NCBI GenBank assembly: GCA_017499595.2
Contig: CM039001.1
Coordinates: 2,356,001 to 2,420,000 of the forward strand
Direction: 5' to 3'
DNA: 64,000 bases
Source of the DNA: Psilocybe cubensis
Lineage: Eukaryota
In this document: one piece after another, positions 1 to 13,315 of the stretch
How positions within the stretch are numbered: the stretch's first letter is position 1
How the letters are laid out: every line of letters starts with the position of its first letter
Program-made: the position numbers and the translations under genes
Notes under the pieces: generated by a model
Seen by the model: the letters and a program-made list of their open reading frames with translations, nothing else
What the model was told of the DNA's origin: nothing
Database searches by the model: none

Positions 1-1745
1 ATCATGTTTTCCGTTATCAGTGCATCATTTGTCCGTGTGTCCTCTCTCATGACTCGTCATTTTTTTTTATTTTTCGGGAGAAAAAGCACTATATGGAATC
101 TTGGGCGCTCCGAGTGTCTGGTGGATACGTTTTGAAACTCCTACAGAAACTACTTTTGGACATGCGTGTGTGCGTCGTTAAAGGATCACCTGGGATTCTC
201 ACCCCAGATTTCTGCTACCGCCTATCTTGCATCATCTTCCTGTCGAAAGCCTGCGGAATGGGAGTTGGATTCCCGCTCGTCATGTCAAAATTCGCCATGC
301 ATGACATGCTACCCGTTTTGATAACGTGCGCCTCTCCCGAGTTATGTATTGCCAGCGTCAAATAACAAATGCATCTGGCAGGCTCTGATCACCATTTTTG
401 AATGAAGAGTATCAAAGCAAAATCTTTTAATGGGATATCGTCCAACTCGCGAAAGTAGAGTAGAGACGCGTTGGTGAGGTTTTGGTTTAACGGCCGCGGC
501 CGGTCCGTTCTTTGCTCATTTATATCCCAAAATACCAGAGAGCGGAGAACCAAAAAATCAACATATAGATAGCCTACAACCTAGCTTCTTTCGGTCACCA
601 CAGATCCACTTTTGTAAGAAATGCCCACGTCTCCGTAGACTTGGTCTGATTTGATCAAAGAGATCAACTCTGCACTGCTTCGAGAGCTCCCCAAGGCCAG
701 TATTCGCTGCTCAGCTGCCTAAATCCTCCGCCATAATTCCACAGATTCCCAAGGACCATTTAATTTAACACGATCTCATGATATGAAGGAACTGGACCTG
801 CCTTTCGAGAAACTTCAGGAAAGATGATAACGCTGACAATCAGTTTACCTCTAGTACGGCTTCTACTGAGGTCGATGGGATGGTCCACTGACCTTTCACG
901 ATATCCCCATACACCAAACCTTGTGGTCCATGACCATGATAGGTCTCTCGATGACTCGATATAAAATTACTTCTCGAGCCTTTATCGATATATATCAAGT
1001 TTTCGGCGTGTGTGGCAATGACCACTTCAACACTGGCGCCTTGGAGAAATTGCGATTTGTCGGAAGATTAGCAAAAAAAATCCGGCAGGTCAGAAAGGTG
1101 GTGGTGGAAAAAATGAATTTCTATCTATCTCGCACGGTAGCCCTGAAGCCAGGAAAGTTCAAGTAAGCAACCGCGAAAAGAGGCAAATCCGGACATGCAT
1201 CAATTGAGTTGATCAACACAGTTCGATTTTACGGTGATATATTCCATAAACGCCACGAAGTTGGCGATAGAAAACGTCTGGTAAGTCACCTTCCTTTTTG
1301 TGACTCGAATCGGTTTTTTTACCCAGCGATGACGCTGTTTTGCCAACAATCCTATGGAGGCATTTAGCTTTTGGAACTTAGTCGCGAGATGTAAATCCGG
1401 AGGAAAATGGCAAACAGAAGGGAGATCTTTCTGTAAACTGCGCCGTTTATGTCGGGATTCGGCCGGTGTCTGACCGTGACCGGTAAACAGGCCGACAAAT
1501 ACGGAAAATGAGCAATTCGATTTCAACGAAGGAGGGCATGCGAAACCTCTCAAAAATCTATAACCATAGCATGTTTCTCTAGCCCCACCTACCGGATCCC
1601 AGTAGAACTAGCAGAAGGTTGCCTCGCTTATACGTCCAGCGTTTCAAGCTTTTGTTACGGACGGGTACGGAGACCACACCGCGACGACCGCAAGAAACTA
1701 TAAAGCTGAAGACGCATACTCTCCGGTCCCTCGAAATACCAGACG

Positions 1746-4572
1746 ATGTTCGTAGAGCGCAGGCCTCCTTCTCTAGAGACAAGTTCACTACTCCAAGAGA
1801 GACCTCCTTCATATCACTCTACGGATGACGTCAACAGCTTAGCTTCGCCCACATATTCCGAACGAGAGCCTGACCCGACGCCGGTCAACCAGTTCTCAAA
1901 AGCAGATAAATGCTGGATCCTCGCAGGTTTGTGGTCAGGGGTTCTACTGGGCGCTTTTGATGGTACGAGCTTTAGACAATTATTCCATCGCACATGGATT
2001 GAATCTTTACCCCAGGGACCGTGGTTGCGACTTTATTAACACCGATTGGGAGTGAATTCAATGCTTCCAATCAATCATCATATATCGGCACATCCTATCT
2101 TCTGTCTGTGTGTTGTTTCACTCCATTATATGGTGAGTGCTGCATTTATGTCATAATTTTTTAACCATTGAGATTTAACACAACATTAGGACGTCTAGCT
2201 GATATTCTTGGTCGCAAAGGGGCAATGCTGCTGGCACTCTCACTTTTTGGTGGGCTAAATTTTATTATTAACTGACCGCGCCCATGTTAAACTCTTCCAA
2301 AATGCAAGGATCTGGTACGATATTTTGTGGAATGGCTCAATCTATGAACGCGCTCATTGCCGCTCGCGCTGTTGCCGGGATGGGTGGAGGAGGGTCAGTT
2401 TCATTCCTATCTATCTGATTCTCAATTTTTCTATTCTCGTTCTGTAATATCTAATCTCGCATAAAATTTAGAGTAATGACAGGTGGGCATCACACGATCT
2501 CTTCTTACTCCAATCTTAACGGGGTTGCTTTCAGTTTCCAGCATTACTGTGACCGATTTTATTCCGCTGTACGAGCATAGCTATCAATCATCTGAGAAGA
2601 CCCATACTTACTTAGCTGCCTTGTTCTCGAAAGGCAACAACGAGGACTATACCAAGGCATGGCGAATATGTACGTCTTGCTTCTTTCAACGTCATGTTTG
2701 TTTGCATTTTACCAGAAAGGAGTTAACTTACCGGTGTGTTAGATTGTTTGGTCTTGGTGCAGGCCTTGGGGGCCCTCTCGGAGGCTGGGTTAATGACACG
2801 TTTGGATGGTAGGTCCCTAAGTCAAAGTGCGGGTGGAGTTACGCTCAGTCTAAATTTACTTCCGATAGGCGGAGTGCATTTTACATGCAGGTTCGTTGAT
2901 CCGTGTGTTCAACTAAGCCTGCAATATGCTCATTCTCTGTAGGCCCCTGTGTTACTTTTCAGCTTCGTTTTAGTCGCGACCAAGGTTAATATCACGCTTC
3001 CAGACGCCGTACAAAATCAAACTTTGTCTGAAAAGTTAAGGCGCATCGACTATCTGGGGTCTTTGACCCTGGTTGGAACTGTTGGCTGTCTTCTCCTTGG
3101 CTTCAGTTTGAAGTCGACAGAAGAGATGCGGTGGTCTGATCCCATCATCGTTGGACTTTTCTCTGCGAGCGTGATTTTTGCATTTCTCTTTGTATGGGTC
3201 GAAAAGTTTTGGGCTCCATATCCTGTCATGCCTTTACGTTTGATTACACAAAGAACTCCTTTGGCTGTATCATTATCCAATCTTTTAACCAGCATGTCTG
3301 CTTTTTCTATGGTTAGTGATCAGTACACTAAGTCATCAATTTTGTGTTTACTGTTATTCCTTTCAGCTATACAATGCACCCCTTGTAGGCAATCATCTAC
3401 TCTTGCAAAAATGCAGAATATGCGTGCTTATAATCAATTCGTCAGTATTTTGCTGCCGTGAGGCTCAATTCTGCCGCCGTCGCGGGTAAGCCAATGTGTG
3501 GCCTTGTCGCTGATAAACCATCCTCATATACTTGATTATAATTTCAGGTCTCCATCTGCTACCACACTCTGTTAGTCTCCAATTCTCCTAGAATTTACCG
3601 AAATGATCAACTTGGGCATATACTAGGTTGCTATTTCTACTGGAAGTGTCTTTGCTGGCTGGTAAGATTGATATACCCCCGTCTTTTACTGGGCCTGAAT
3701 ACTCTATCATTTAGGATCATGCGAAGAACAGGAAAATTATATACCCTGACCTTGGTATCTTCATTTATGACCATCGTTGCCAGTACGCTCGCCAGCTGCT
3801 GGAACGAGAATTCTAGTGCTTTTCATCTTTGGATCGACCTTATACCTCAAGGTTTCGGAATGGCCAGTTTTATCACGAGTACACTTATTGTGCGTATTTC
3901 ATTTTCTGCTTTGATCTTGGCTGATGTCTGGGCTTCAGGCAATGATTGCTGGAGTGTTAAAGGAAGACATGGCAGTCGCTACCGGAAGTACGTGGTTCTC
4001 TGGCAACAAAGTATGACTCTCATTAGAATAAACCTTCCCAGTTACTTACCTTTTCAGAACGACTGGACAAGTACTTGGTGTCAGTTTAAGTGGTGCTATC
4101 TTGCAAGCAGTTCTATTGCAAAAGTTAAAAGAACGAATTACTGGGGCAGGGGCGGCCGAGGTGCGTCATCTTTGTACTCACTCACGCAACAGAATACATA
4201 AGATTGCATTTTTATCATCTCGCTTAGCTTATTTATGATATACGGTATGTGCTGCACATCGTTTTTGCCGACTAAAAGTCATCTTATGGGTGGTTAATAG
4301 ACACACTGCCGAGATTATACCCTTGCTGTCAGCAGAACATCGAAAGGCTGCTGTGGAATCATATGGAGACGCCTTACGCGTCGTTTTTATCTGTCAAGCT
4401 GCTATCAGCGGTCTAGGTTTTTTGGCTTGTCTACCTATTCAAGAAAGCGCACTATCGTAGGTCGCGTTATATTGTTCCTTGTGTGTGTCCCGTGAATACT
4501 AATCAACGGAATAGGGGTCCTCGGCCTGAGGAGCAGCGCAATGATGAAGGGGAAAACGGGGAACGCGATTAA
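1746..4572 (+). CDS. MFS transporter, drug:H+ antiporter (DHA2) / vacuolar basic amino-acid transporter (Vba)-like; multi-exon
   Basis: Spliced exons give WILAGLWSGVLLGAFDGTVVATL, YIGTSYLLSVCCFTPLYGRLADILGRKGAM (MFS motif A), ARAVAGMGGGG, FGLGAGLGGPLGGW, RIDYLG and FRTTGQVLGVS. Stop TAA at 4570-4572. Confidence 0.88.
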
Positions 4573-4769
4573 GCCGCGCTGTACATTACACTTGTATTTG
4601 TATATTATATATACCATAAACATTCAGAAATGTTGCGATCCTCCACTGGGTTTCTGAAAGTGTCGATCTTTATCGTATTCCGTGGGGTGAGTAGCAAATC
4701 TAATAGTCGATAATTGCAGATCCGATATAAAGGCGCGGTAAGGTTCTAGATGTCGTCGTATAGGGAGCT

Positions 4770-5009
4770 CTACTGAGGAATCTTTTCTTCTATCCACCGG
4801 CGGGGCCGCTTTACAACTTTCACCTGGTCACCCTTCACCAAAGCGCCGTTCTCCCCGCTATCGGCAAAACGAGTTCTATCCGGACTGACAGGACATGGTA
4901 GAATATTGGAGGCGGAGACCGTTAAACACGCAGCGAAAAAGGTGAGGCCGAAGAGAGATGAAACGAATGTGCGGCTTTGGGTCAAACGAAGAACTTTGTG
5001 CATGGACAT
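4770..5009 (-). CDS. COA2: Cytochrome c oxidase assembly factor Coa2-like small mitochondrial protein
   Basis: 79-aa intronless ORF with a basic N-terminus, then SLFGLTFFAACLTVSASNILPCP, resembling the hydrophobic segment plus LPCP motif of fungal Coa2. Confidence 0.65.
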   Translation of the reverse strand: MSMHKVLRLTQSRTFVSSLFGLTFFAACLTVSASNILPCPVSPDRTRFADSGENGALVKGDQVKVVKRPRRWIEEKIPQ

Positions 5010-5287
5010 TGTATGTCTACATGTTCGCTAAGTATCAGTTTTCATGGTACAAAATGCAAGCATACCTAGCATATATCCATATCTATCCAAAACAACGCCC
5101 TCTCTCTGTGACGGGCTATTGAAGCTCGTTTTGACTTGGAAGTCGAGAATGAAAGATGGTAGTGTGGTTTTGGGCTTCCGATCTAGGCCGTGTTTGTGGT
5201 TGTTGGTCAAAGCCTTCGAAGGTAATTTCTAGGGCGAGCTGGTACGCACCGAAATACAACCGACCCTCTGTCTACCACGACGACAAA

Positions 5288-5652
5288 ATGGCGCCCAGTG
5301 CCCGTGTCTTAAGAGATATGAAGGCCCGAAAGGGCGCTCAGGCCAACGAAATTGCGCGAAGGGCGTACCTTTTCGTTGCCCGGAACGAGACCTTGTCACC
5401 ACAAGTCCGCCATCATGCCCAGCTTCAACTAAACACCTTTGGACGGTATACGCGGCCAGCAACCTGCAGTAATCGTTGTCATGTATCTGGAAAGGGAAGA
5501 GGTATCATCTCTGAATTTGCCTTGTCGAGGGTGCGTTTGTTATGAATTATCAATACCAGAATAATCTTAACATGAACACGAATAAATAGTTTCAATTCCG
5601 TGTCAAGGCCTTGAGAGGAGAGCTTCCTGGAGTCAACAAAGCGTCGTGGTAA
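5288..5652 (+). CDS. MRP2: Mitochondrial ribosomal protein S14 (uS14m)
   Basis: MAPSARVLRD...NRCHVSGKGRGIISEFALSR|FQFRVKALRGELPGVNKASW* is the S14 signature. One intron at about 5531-5589. Confidence 0.92.
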
Positions 5653-5816
5653 TGTGGTTAAAGTACGCCTACGTCTGTGAGGGTTGCCATACACTTTACT
5701 GTACTGACGACGCTACACAGGACGATAACTATGGCAATAATCAAGTCTACATATAACTTATATACATTCGCCGAAAGCATAGTCCATCGTTAGAATTCAA
5801 ACCTGTGAAAAACTTG

Positions 5817-7718
5817 CTAGCGATCATTAGATTCAGGCAAAACAATTTCGGGTTCGCCTCTTTCTCTCCTCCAACGATTTGTAATTTTCAGTACGGCAGC
5901 ATCGATCAGGAAACTACACGTCAATACGTTAGCAAAGTTAGAGAGAAAGTAGGGGACTCGATAGTTACCTATACTTGCGAATAAAGCTTTCACTAAGCTC
6001 CCAATTGTTGTGAGCCAGAACATCATCCCCATGTATGATGACAGAGCGTCGATGATCTACCAAACAATCCACTAGCTCAAATTGCTCTAGAAGTTTCATT
6101 GAGTGCATAGCAAACAGTGGTAACAAACAAAGAAGCATACGGCGTAGTAAAATCATCCGATCTCGCAACTCTGGATGTAGTACACGGTCAACAATGCTTT
6201 CTGTGATACGCGTGAGCATTTAAATGGTATAATACAAAAAGGAAGTGCTCACCGTGAGGTATTGTCCTAAAGGTTCCCAAGATGGTAAAGACATTGAGCG
6301 ACCGATGCTAGGAACAAGAGAACAAGAGCTTCTGCGAACCTTTGTATTATGGTAGGCCGAAGAGAAGCAGGTAAACAATATGATGAATTTCGCTTATAAT
6401 TTTCCAGATGATAACTGTGACGTTTGGTCAACAATGAAACAAAGAATAATGAAAGGTAAAAAACTGACTGAATCAACTTGTAAGCTTCATTTTTCTTTGG
6501 ATCGTCATCTGGTTCGATATCGTCACCAGCGCCGGAGTCGCCGCCTTGTTGAAGTCGTTGTTGAGAAACGGAGGGAGCAGAAGGGGAATCGAAGGGAGAG
6601 GATGAAAGGTTCTGGTCCATATTAATATTGACTCCGGGGATATTGTACGAGGAAGAAGAGTAATTGCCCTCTATATTAGAACCTCCGGAGGTGGGATACT
6701 GAGAAGAGCTTCCAGCCGCAGGCGAGGGAACAAACATGGGCGAGCCGTTGGAACCTCTAAGTAATTCAGAGAAAATGCCGTTTCTTTCTTGAGGGCGCTG
6801 TGCACCAGGGTATAAGGGTGCCGAGGGGAGAGGAGAGTTTGACATTGGAACCAACATGGAGAACCCATTCGAGTTGGATATATCATTACTGTCACTGCGA
6901 GATTTTTTGGACCGACCATTGCCCTGATCGCTTTCTGAGGGCCTCTTCCCCGACTGATTCATGGAAAGATGAGCAGACGCGGAGTTCTCAGATTGGTCTG
7001 CGGCAGCAGCAGCAGCAGCACCTGTTCCAACCAACCCTGCTTTCTTTCGCTTGTGATATCCCTCCCAAGCAGTATCTGTCTCTGACTTGTTCACGAAATC
7101 ATTGAAATCTCCCAAATCCCAGCCAAGCTTGGGTAGTAGGCCACCAGCTCCTTCTCCAATGAAAGACGCTAAACTTCGTAGCAAGTTGCGAAGTGTTTGA
7201 TTCTCTGCCATCAAGTCTAAATAAGGGTACATGAGCTCGAATATTTTAGAAATCTCCGGAGGACTCGCCTTTCAGCATATTCTTCATTTCCCCCAGAGCT
7301 TCATTTTCACCACCTGACAATATTTCAACACGAGCCTCTAAGTCGCGTATCTTTGATTTGAAATTGTGAACAACGTATATCGAATTGCAGCAAATGACAT
7401 ATTAATTACCCTCTGTTGTTTCCTAAGCCTAAATTCTCTTTGTGCGATACGATTTTGGTCTCGTCGTGCAGCTTGAGAGCTGTATCGTCATCGTCAATTA
7501 TCCTAATCGTTGTACCATGTGGGAGTGTCGAACTCACTTGGGATTTTTCTTCCGGCCTGGTTTACCTGGAGGATTATTATCCCCGGCATGCGAATCAAAA
7601 TCCGACTCCTACATGTTCTTTTAGCAAATGGATATTGAGCAGAAAGTATAAGGCTAATTACCTCAACGTCACCCGAAATACTACGCTCTCTGGATTGCGG
7701 GGCTTGTCCCTCAGGCAT
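5817..7718 (-). CDS. bZIP transcription factor with a C-terminal DUF3425-type domain
   Basis: Basic region SQAARRDQNRIAQREFRLRKQQR|IRDLEARVEIL at about 7320-7480. C-terminal LPASLRPT..Q..PHESIVDRVLHPELRDRMIL and IHGDDVLAHNNWELSE. Start MPEGQAPQ at 7718. Confidence 0.82.
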
Positions 7719-8520
7719 TGCTTGGTGGATATTAGTGAAGAAAGATTACGAAGGCGTTCCTGCCGAAGAACAAGACGGCTAGCCAAGTATTTTGAAACAT
7801 AACATATGTCAACAGGTTTGCACAGCTTTCAGTCACCTCAAACGCCATAGACTCGGATTTACGTGCCCTGATTCCGTGGCTTATAAATTGACAATCATCA
7901 TCTTTACTAAGTTATACCCTCCTGGTCAATTCTCTCAACTTTTTTGTCGGTTCAGGGATGAATTGATGGATTTTGAGACGAATTTTGCCGAAATATGTGT
8001 TTCAATATAATTTCTATATATATCGAATCCACACACGATCGACTGGTGACTGGTGAATCGAAAAAGTTGGAAAGACTCCCAATAGTTACAATACAGAATT
8101 CGAAGAAACCTGGGGAAAACAACGGCTAGTAAAAACTCCAGACAGGGACTAAATGTTGCAGTTAATAATGTAAGGGAATTGAGCGGAAGTGCGGTCAAGA
8201 AATCGAGCAACGAATGACCATTCCACAACGAAAAGCTTTGGTTCATATAGCATTGAAACAGTGTCGCCAAAAGGGTGTTCTGACAGCGCACAAAAAGCTT
8301 TCCTCTGGGTCTTCCACGTTTGGGGGTGACAATGCGAAGTTGCCGAAAGATAATAGCACGACAGCAGGGCCCATGAACAATAACTGGTGGGAGACTTCGA
8401 AGCGATATTCCAGTGCAAGGCATGTCGAGCAGATGATTGTAGGTCATTAGATTACACGGTATGATACAATTGATGACAGAGATCGAGAACAAGGAAGAGG
8501 CACGGTGACCTAATCCAGTG

Positions 8521-8848
8521 TCAGCGAGCCTCAAACTGGACCACTACAATAGCACATGAATTAGCAACCGGTTGTCCGACAAAAAGGCGTACGCACTTCT
8601 CTTCGTCCTTTTCTTATAGAAAATACGATGTCCGCACTCTCTGCAACGGATGGGATCCCGAGCTCTGATCTCGTTTTTGGCGCCGCAGTCTACAGAATGA
8701 ATGATACAATAAGAGTTGCTGAAAGTAATGATATGGAGTAAGGATGTGTACCTGCGCAGAGGTATTCCATTTCCGTCCGGGGTTGCTGGTATCCTGGACC
8801 ACCACCACCAGCGTTGGCGTTGGGAGGGGCACCTTGTTGTTGATTCAT
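8521..8848 (-). CDS. RPC10: RNA polymerases I/II/III shared subunit RPABC4 (Rpb12/Rpc10)
   Basis: Three exons give [44 protein letters not shown], the canonical Rpb12 zinc ribbon and C-terminus. Confidence 0.96.
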
Positions 8849-8922
8849 GGTTAAGCGTTATAAAGAAGTCCACAAAAAGGGATCGCAAACTGTTATGAAA
8901 ATATTGGATTACCTAATCAGGT

Positions 8923-8930
8923 TGTGACTG
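8923..8930 (-). promoter_or_regulatory. Homol D-like box (CAGTCACA) upstream of RPB12
   Basis: TGTGACTG on +, i.e. CAGTCACA on the gene strand, about 75 bp upstream of the ATG at 8848. Confidence 0.3.
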
Positions 8931-9958
8931 CATTTGCGCCGAGTTGAACATTGCCAGTGATCCACTCCGAGTCTGTCTGATATTTCTTTATTCACTTTTC
9001 AGGTTGCGTTGCAACCCGCAGAGTGTAATGCCAGCGCCCTAATACACGATACAACTCGACCAATGTACCGTTGACAGCTGTTATGAAGGAAATGCAGTAG
9101 GATCACAACGAGGCCCGGGGTGGTAGCCACTGCAAGGATTATCTTTAGAGTGCCTTGGCGTCTTTCGGGATAACTTTCTGATACGGATATCTAGCAACGA
9201 GAGACCCACACTCGCTCTCTATGTTGGTTCAATCAATAGCAATGACATCAAATATCAAGAGTTGCATTCTTTCGTTGGTGGGCCAGCATGACAGTTGATC
9301 AGCATGAGCATTTCCACGCCGGCAGCATATAGCACGACGTCGAAGAGGGCTGTGTAAGTCGTACATTATCGGGTCCCTCAGTGGACCGTGAACGACAATC
9401 TGACCGCTCGTGTCCTTTCAGACTTGACATTGTTGGAAACCACCTTTCACAAGAAAATGCCTTTTTGTGACAGAGGGTTGAAACGTTGACTATTTGCTAC
9501 CGTTTCCGGCACTTTTTGTTTAGCCTATGGGCTGCTGATCACCTCTATTGTGGCCTTCAATTCTGTAGTAGGGTACTCCTGCGAGATTCAGGACCTGAAC
9601 CGATGCCAACAACGACACGCTCCCTTTGTCTGGCGGACACCCGCGTCCTTGTTCAAGGCAACGGTATAGATTTATCTTCTCATCTTGCCGTGGTTCCAAA
9701 AGCAGAAAGATGCATCACCTTGCCGACCATTATTGATACTGGCGACCGTTTTTAGTCTTTGCGACGGAGGTCAGCCAGCACGGCGTGATAATTGTAACCT
9801 CTTCTCTTGACGACATAGAGCGTGGGTTGTATCTAGGGCGGATAACCACTCCTTTATAGATGGGCTCATTTTCGTTTCGAGTTTTCAAGGTTGCTCGTTG
9901 CCCTTCCCCAAGTCCGTTCATTCATATCCTCACTTTCTTTTTAATATCTAGTTCAGCA

Positions 9959-10838
9959 ATGGCATCCTTGCCTTCATTCGTAGAACTCATGGCTTCACTG
10001 GGTTTGGAGCAAACAGCGGCGCCATCTGCGATGACAACAGCAGATAGATCACCTTCTCCTCAACCACCATCCTTGCCTGATTCTCCGCGGCCGGGGAGTA
10101 GTGCAGCACCATCGAGGTCTAGCTCTAGTCCATCCCTCAGGGAAATGGCCACTCGGCATCGCCTATCGCGTTATTCACCATATTCTCCTGCTGTGGTGTG
10201 TATCGTTTGATCTATCTTACTGAAGAGTTCAGTCCTAATCGTTGCATATAAAGTCACTCACCAGGAGACGGGGAAGCTTGTCTTCAGTATCATCTTCGTC
10301 TGATTTTGAATCTTCGCCATTGAGTGCGGTATGTAATGATAGCTTCTGAGCAATTACTGTATTTTTGCGATGCTTAATACGATTGCAGACATTCTCTATT
10401 CCGTCTCGTCCGACGCAACCCCGTCCGAGAAAGTATCGTAACAAATTGTGTTCGAACTCCTACGGCTCGTCGAGTGATCTCAACGCCGATACTCCAATTT
10501 CCACCTATGTTCGCCGAAAGACTCCCGGGACCTCACCTACAACTCCCACATTCAGTCGCGACAGTGGATACGAGTCATCGTCGCCAACTCCGATGCCATT
10601 CTCCATACCTAGCCTTCCTGTGCTTTTGCAGCATTCAGGGAGCTCAGAATCTTTCCCAGATACCCTATCTTCTGATCCCGATGTTATGGACTTCCGGTCC
10701 TCGTCTCCTTCTACTCCTTTGACTGATATAACGGATGGCAACGACTACTACCGCTTTATCCGCAGACGCATCGGAACCAGAATTTCCTCTCATCCTCGAT
10801 CGCAAACATCCAAGAGCAATCATTCACGACGGAAGTAG
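9959..10838 (+). CDS. Hypothetical Ser/Pro-rich, probably disordered protein (3 exons)
   Basis: MASLPSFVELMASLGLE...RLSRYSPYSP...RRGSLSS...TPISTYVRRKTP. Two GT-AG introns keep the frame. TATA-like TTTATAGA at about 9853 and a CT-rich leader. Confidence 0.7.
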
Positions 10839-11436
10839 GCCCTTTGACGTGATCTCCTGGCCTTGTTGTTTCGATCGTTTATGCATCTCTATCCCATTTA
10901 TTCTTCTTTGTACATTAGACTAGCATGGAACCACAATCGGACTTGTAACACTCACACACTCACATACTCACACTCCCAACCCAAAAATTCGGTTCTCTAG
11001 TTTATTCCCTTACACCACGCTCTTTTAACTTTGTTGGGGGGATATTCACACTTTTCAATCGCACTCATTTTGGAGCAACACATTAGGGTCTCAATATTTT
11101 ATTAACTTGTTTTGTTTTTCTTTCCACTTTCGCCTCCATCGGAAGGACTTTCTTTTTTTCCTTTGCTCTCATATGCACATCGCTAGGCACACACACTTTT
11201 CAACTGTAAACTGTGTAGACACGGTAACCCCCCTCTTCAATCCAATCCTTGCAATTGATTACAACGGATGACCTAAAAGTAGATGGCGTGCCCTGGAACT
11301 CCAAGGATACCGGACCATTAGGCTTTGGGGGTCGCAACCGCCTGTGTGGCTGGGTTCCCGCACAGTCCGGGAAGACGGAGAAGGTGTGCATGTAGATTGA
11401 ATAGTTAAGCTGTCAAGGCAGTACTTGAAACTAATT

Positions 11437-12989
11437 TTAATCGTGATCGTCCTCCTCTGGGCCAGGGCATTGATTGTGCATTTCCTCCTCCGTGTCAAAT
11501 TTGATACCGCACCAAAAGCAGTAGAAATGCTTATCGCGGAGATACGACAGCACCAGGTGAAGACGATCCTGTGCCTTCAAGAACAAGTCAACAAAAAAAG
11601 AAGCATGGAAAAGAAGAAGGCGAGAATCCCCGGTTCCGTAACTGGAATTAAAAGGATCCACGAACCTGGAGACGCAAAAATTGAGTGGCTTCTTCCAGAA
11701 GCTCAGGGGAGAATTGATCCTCTGCAAAGCCCGATGACTTCATCTCTTCTGAAGAACCCCCCAAAAGATCGTCATCTGCCTTGATAGGCTGAAGAGCGTC
11801 CGCTTGCATTTGCTTTCTGAGGCGCTCCTGGATGGATTCCGCTTTTTGGCGTACTAGGACAGCGGTATGATGTGCAGCTAAAGCATCGATGAGACCGACA
11901 GGGAACGTAGCTTCGTTATTCGGATTCAACCATAACACATTAAACTAGGCAACCGCGCGAAAAGGAAAACACGAAATGTGTCCGTCAGATTTTTTGTGTC
12001 GCTGTGAGGACCAGACAGTATCCAAATGTGCTTACCGATTTCCCCATTTGCTCGTCAAGAGTGGTGCAAGTAAGTTGTGCGGGGGCTGGAGATAAGGGAT
12101 CGTATATAGAGGTAACAAAGGTAGATGATTTAGAATATCTTCCCTTCTCTCTGGAGACGCCATTCCAGACGCGGCTGTACGCACCTAGTCTACCTTCGGC
12201 CTGACGGTTCTTGTATTCGTCTCTCGCGCGACCGCGGAAGTCGCGATGCTCCATGTCTTCAGCCATTTTAGCCATTTTAGCCAGGCGTTCCGCGGCACTG
12301 GGAGAACGTGCCCGTTTGCCTAGACCAATACCTTTCCTACCTGTAACACGTATTTTGGCATGAAGCAAGTCAGCAATAGCACAGCGACCAAGTACGTGTA
12401 ATATAAAGGAGGCGTGTGTAAGAATAAACTGAATGCACCGACCTGCCCATTCCTGCAGAGGCAACGGCTCCACCTTGTGCGTCGTATGTGGTGTGGCGAC
12501 GACGACGACCGCATTATGAGAGCGATCAAGATCGTCTGTGCTAGTATCATCATTCTGTGCACCCGAAACTCGTTCGTTGCTAGCTTTAGGTACGACATCA
12601 ACATCATCATTATCTTCTGAACCACCAGCTGTGGGCGAGTTCTCTCGGGGTGTTTCCTGGGCCGTCTGATGACCTGCGTTACCAAGGGATTGTCCTGGCT
12701 TAAAACCCATCTTCATCATGATAGACAACGCCTTGTTGCCAGAGCCTATACCGGCGGCCTCCTCCTCCTTTGCACGCTCAAAGAGACTCTTGCTGAGGCC
12801 TTCTTCCCGAGATTCGATCTCACGTTGCCGTCTACCTTTAATCCTGTTTTGTTCATTCTTGAGAAATGCCTTTTTCTGTGCTTCTTTCCTAATTTGCGAA
12901 TAAGTGGTAGGTTTAGTGGATGTGCTGGGCTGATTTAGTAGAAATTTATCAGAGAGATAGTCGTCGTCGTCGTCATCAGCAGCAGACAT
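11437..12989 (-). CDS. G-patch domain protein with C-terminal DUF4187 (GPATCH11-like)
   Basis: DDDYLSDKFL N-terminus, G-patch NKALSIMMKMGFKPGQSLG...EPLPL..GRKGIG, and C-terminal LSYLRDKHFYCFWCGIKFD.....CPGPEEDDHD. Confidence 0.9.
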
Positions 12990-13315
12990 TTCGGATGCAA
13001 ATACATGTCAATAGCGCGTTCCTTATTTTTAACCAGCGTGACTTTATTCATTCACTCAGGCACTCTTTTGTTTTGCGGAAGAATAACAGCGATATCATTC
13101 AAATGGAAAAAAGCAAAACGACATCACAATAAAGGGATGAACAGTGGGGGATGAACATGTAAAAAACGGCACCAGACCGTGGGGGCGGACAAGTGCGAAG
13201 GCGTACTGACTGAACTGAACAACACGTATCACACTAATGGGAAAAAGGAAGGACGTAAAACGGGGGGAGCATCGTAGTAAATTATCATGAGGGCGTTACT
13301 TGTAGGGCGTGATCA

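Noticed and set aside
1..1700. Several 60-117-aa ORFs at the window start
   Set aside because: No recognisable motifs or consistent exon chain. Treated as intergenic.
7730..7850. Short upstream ORF before the bZIP-DUF3425 start codon
   Set aside because: The TSS and any 5'-UTR intron are unknown, so it cannot be shown to lie in the mRNA.
9020..9040. TAATGCCAGCG, resembling the 3' core of a TPP riboswitch
   Set aside because: The upstream CTGAGA and CCTGA elements and the closing AGG are missing, and no thiamine-related gene is adjacent.
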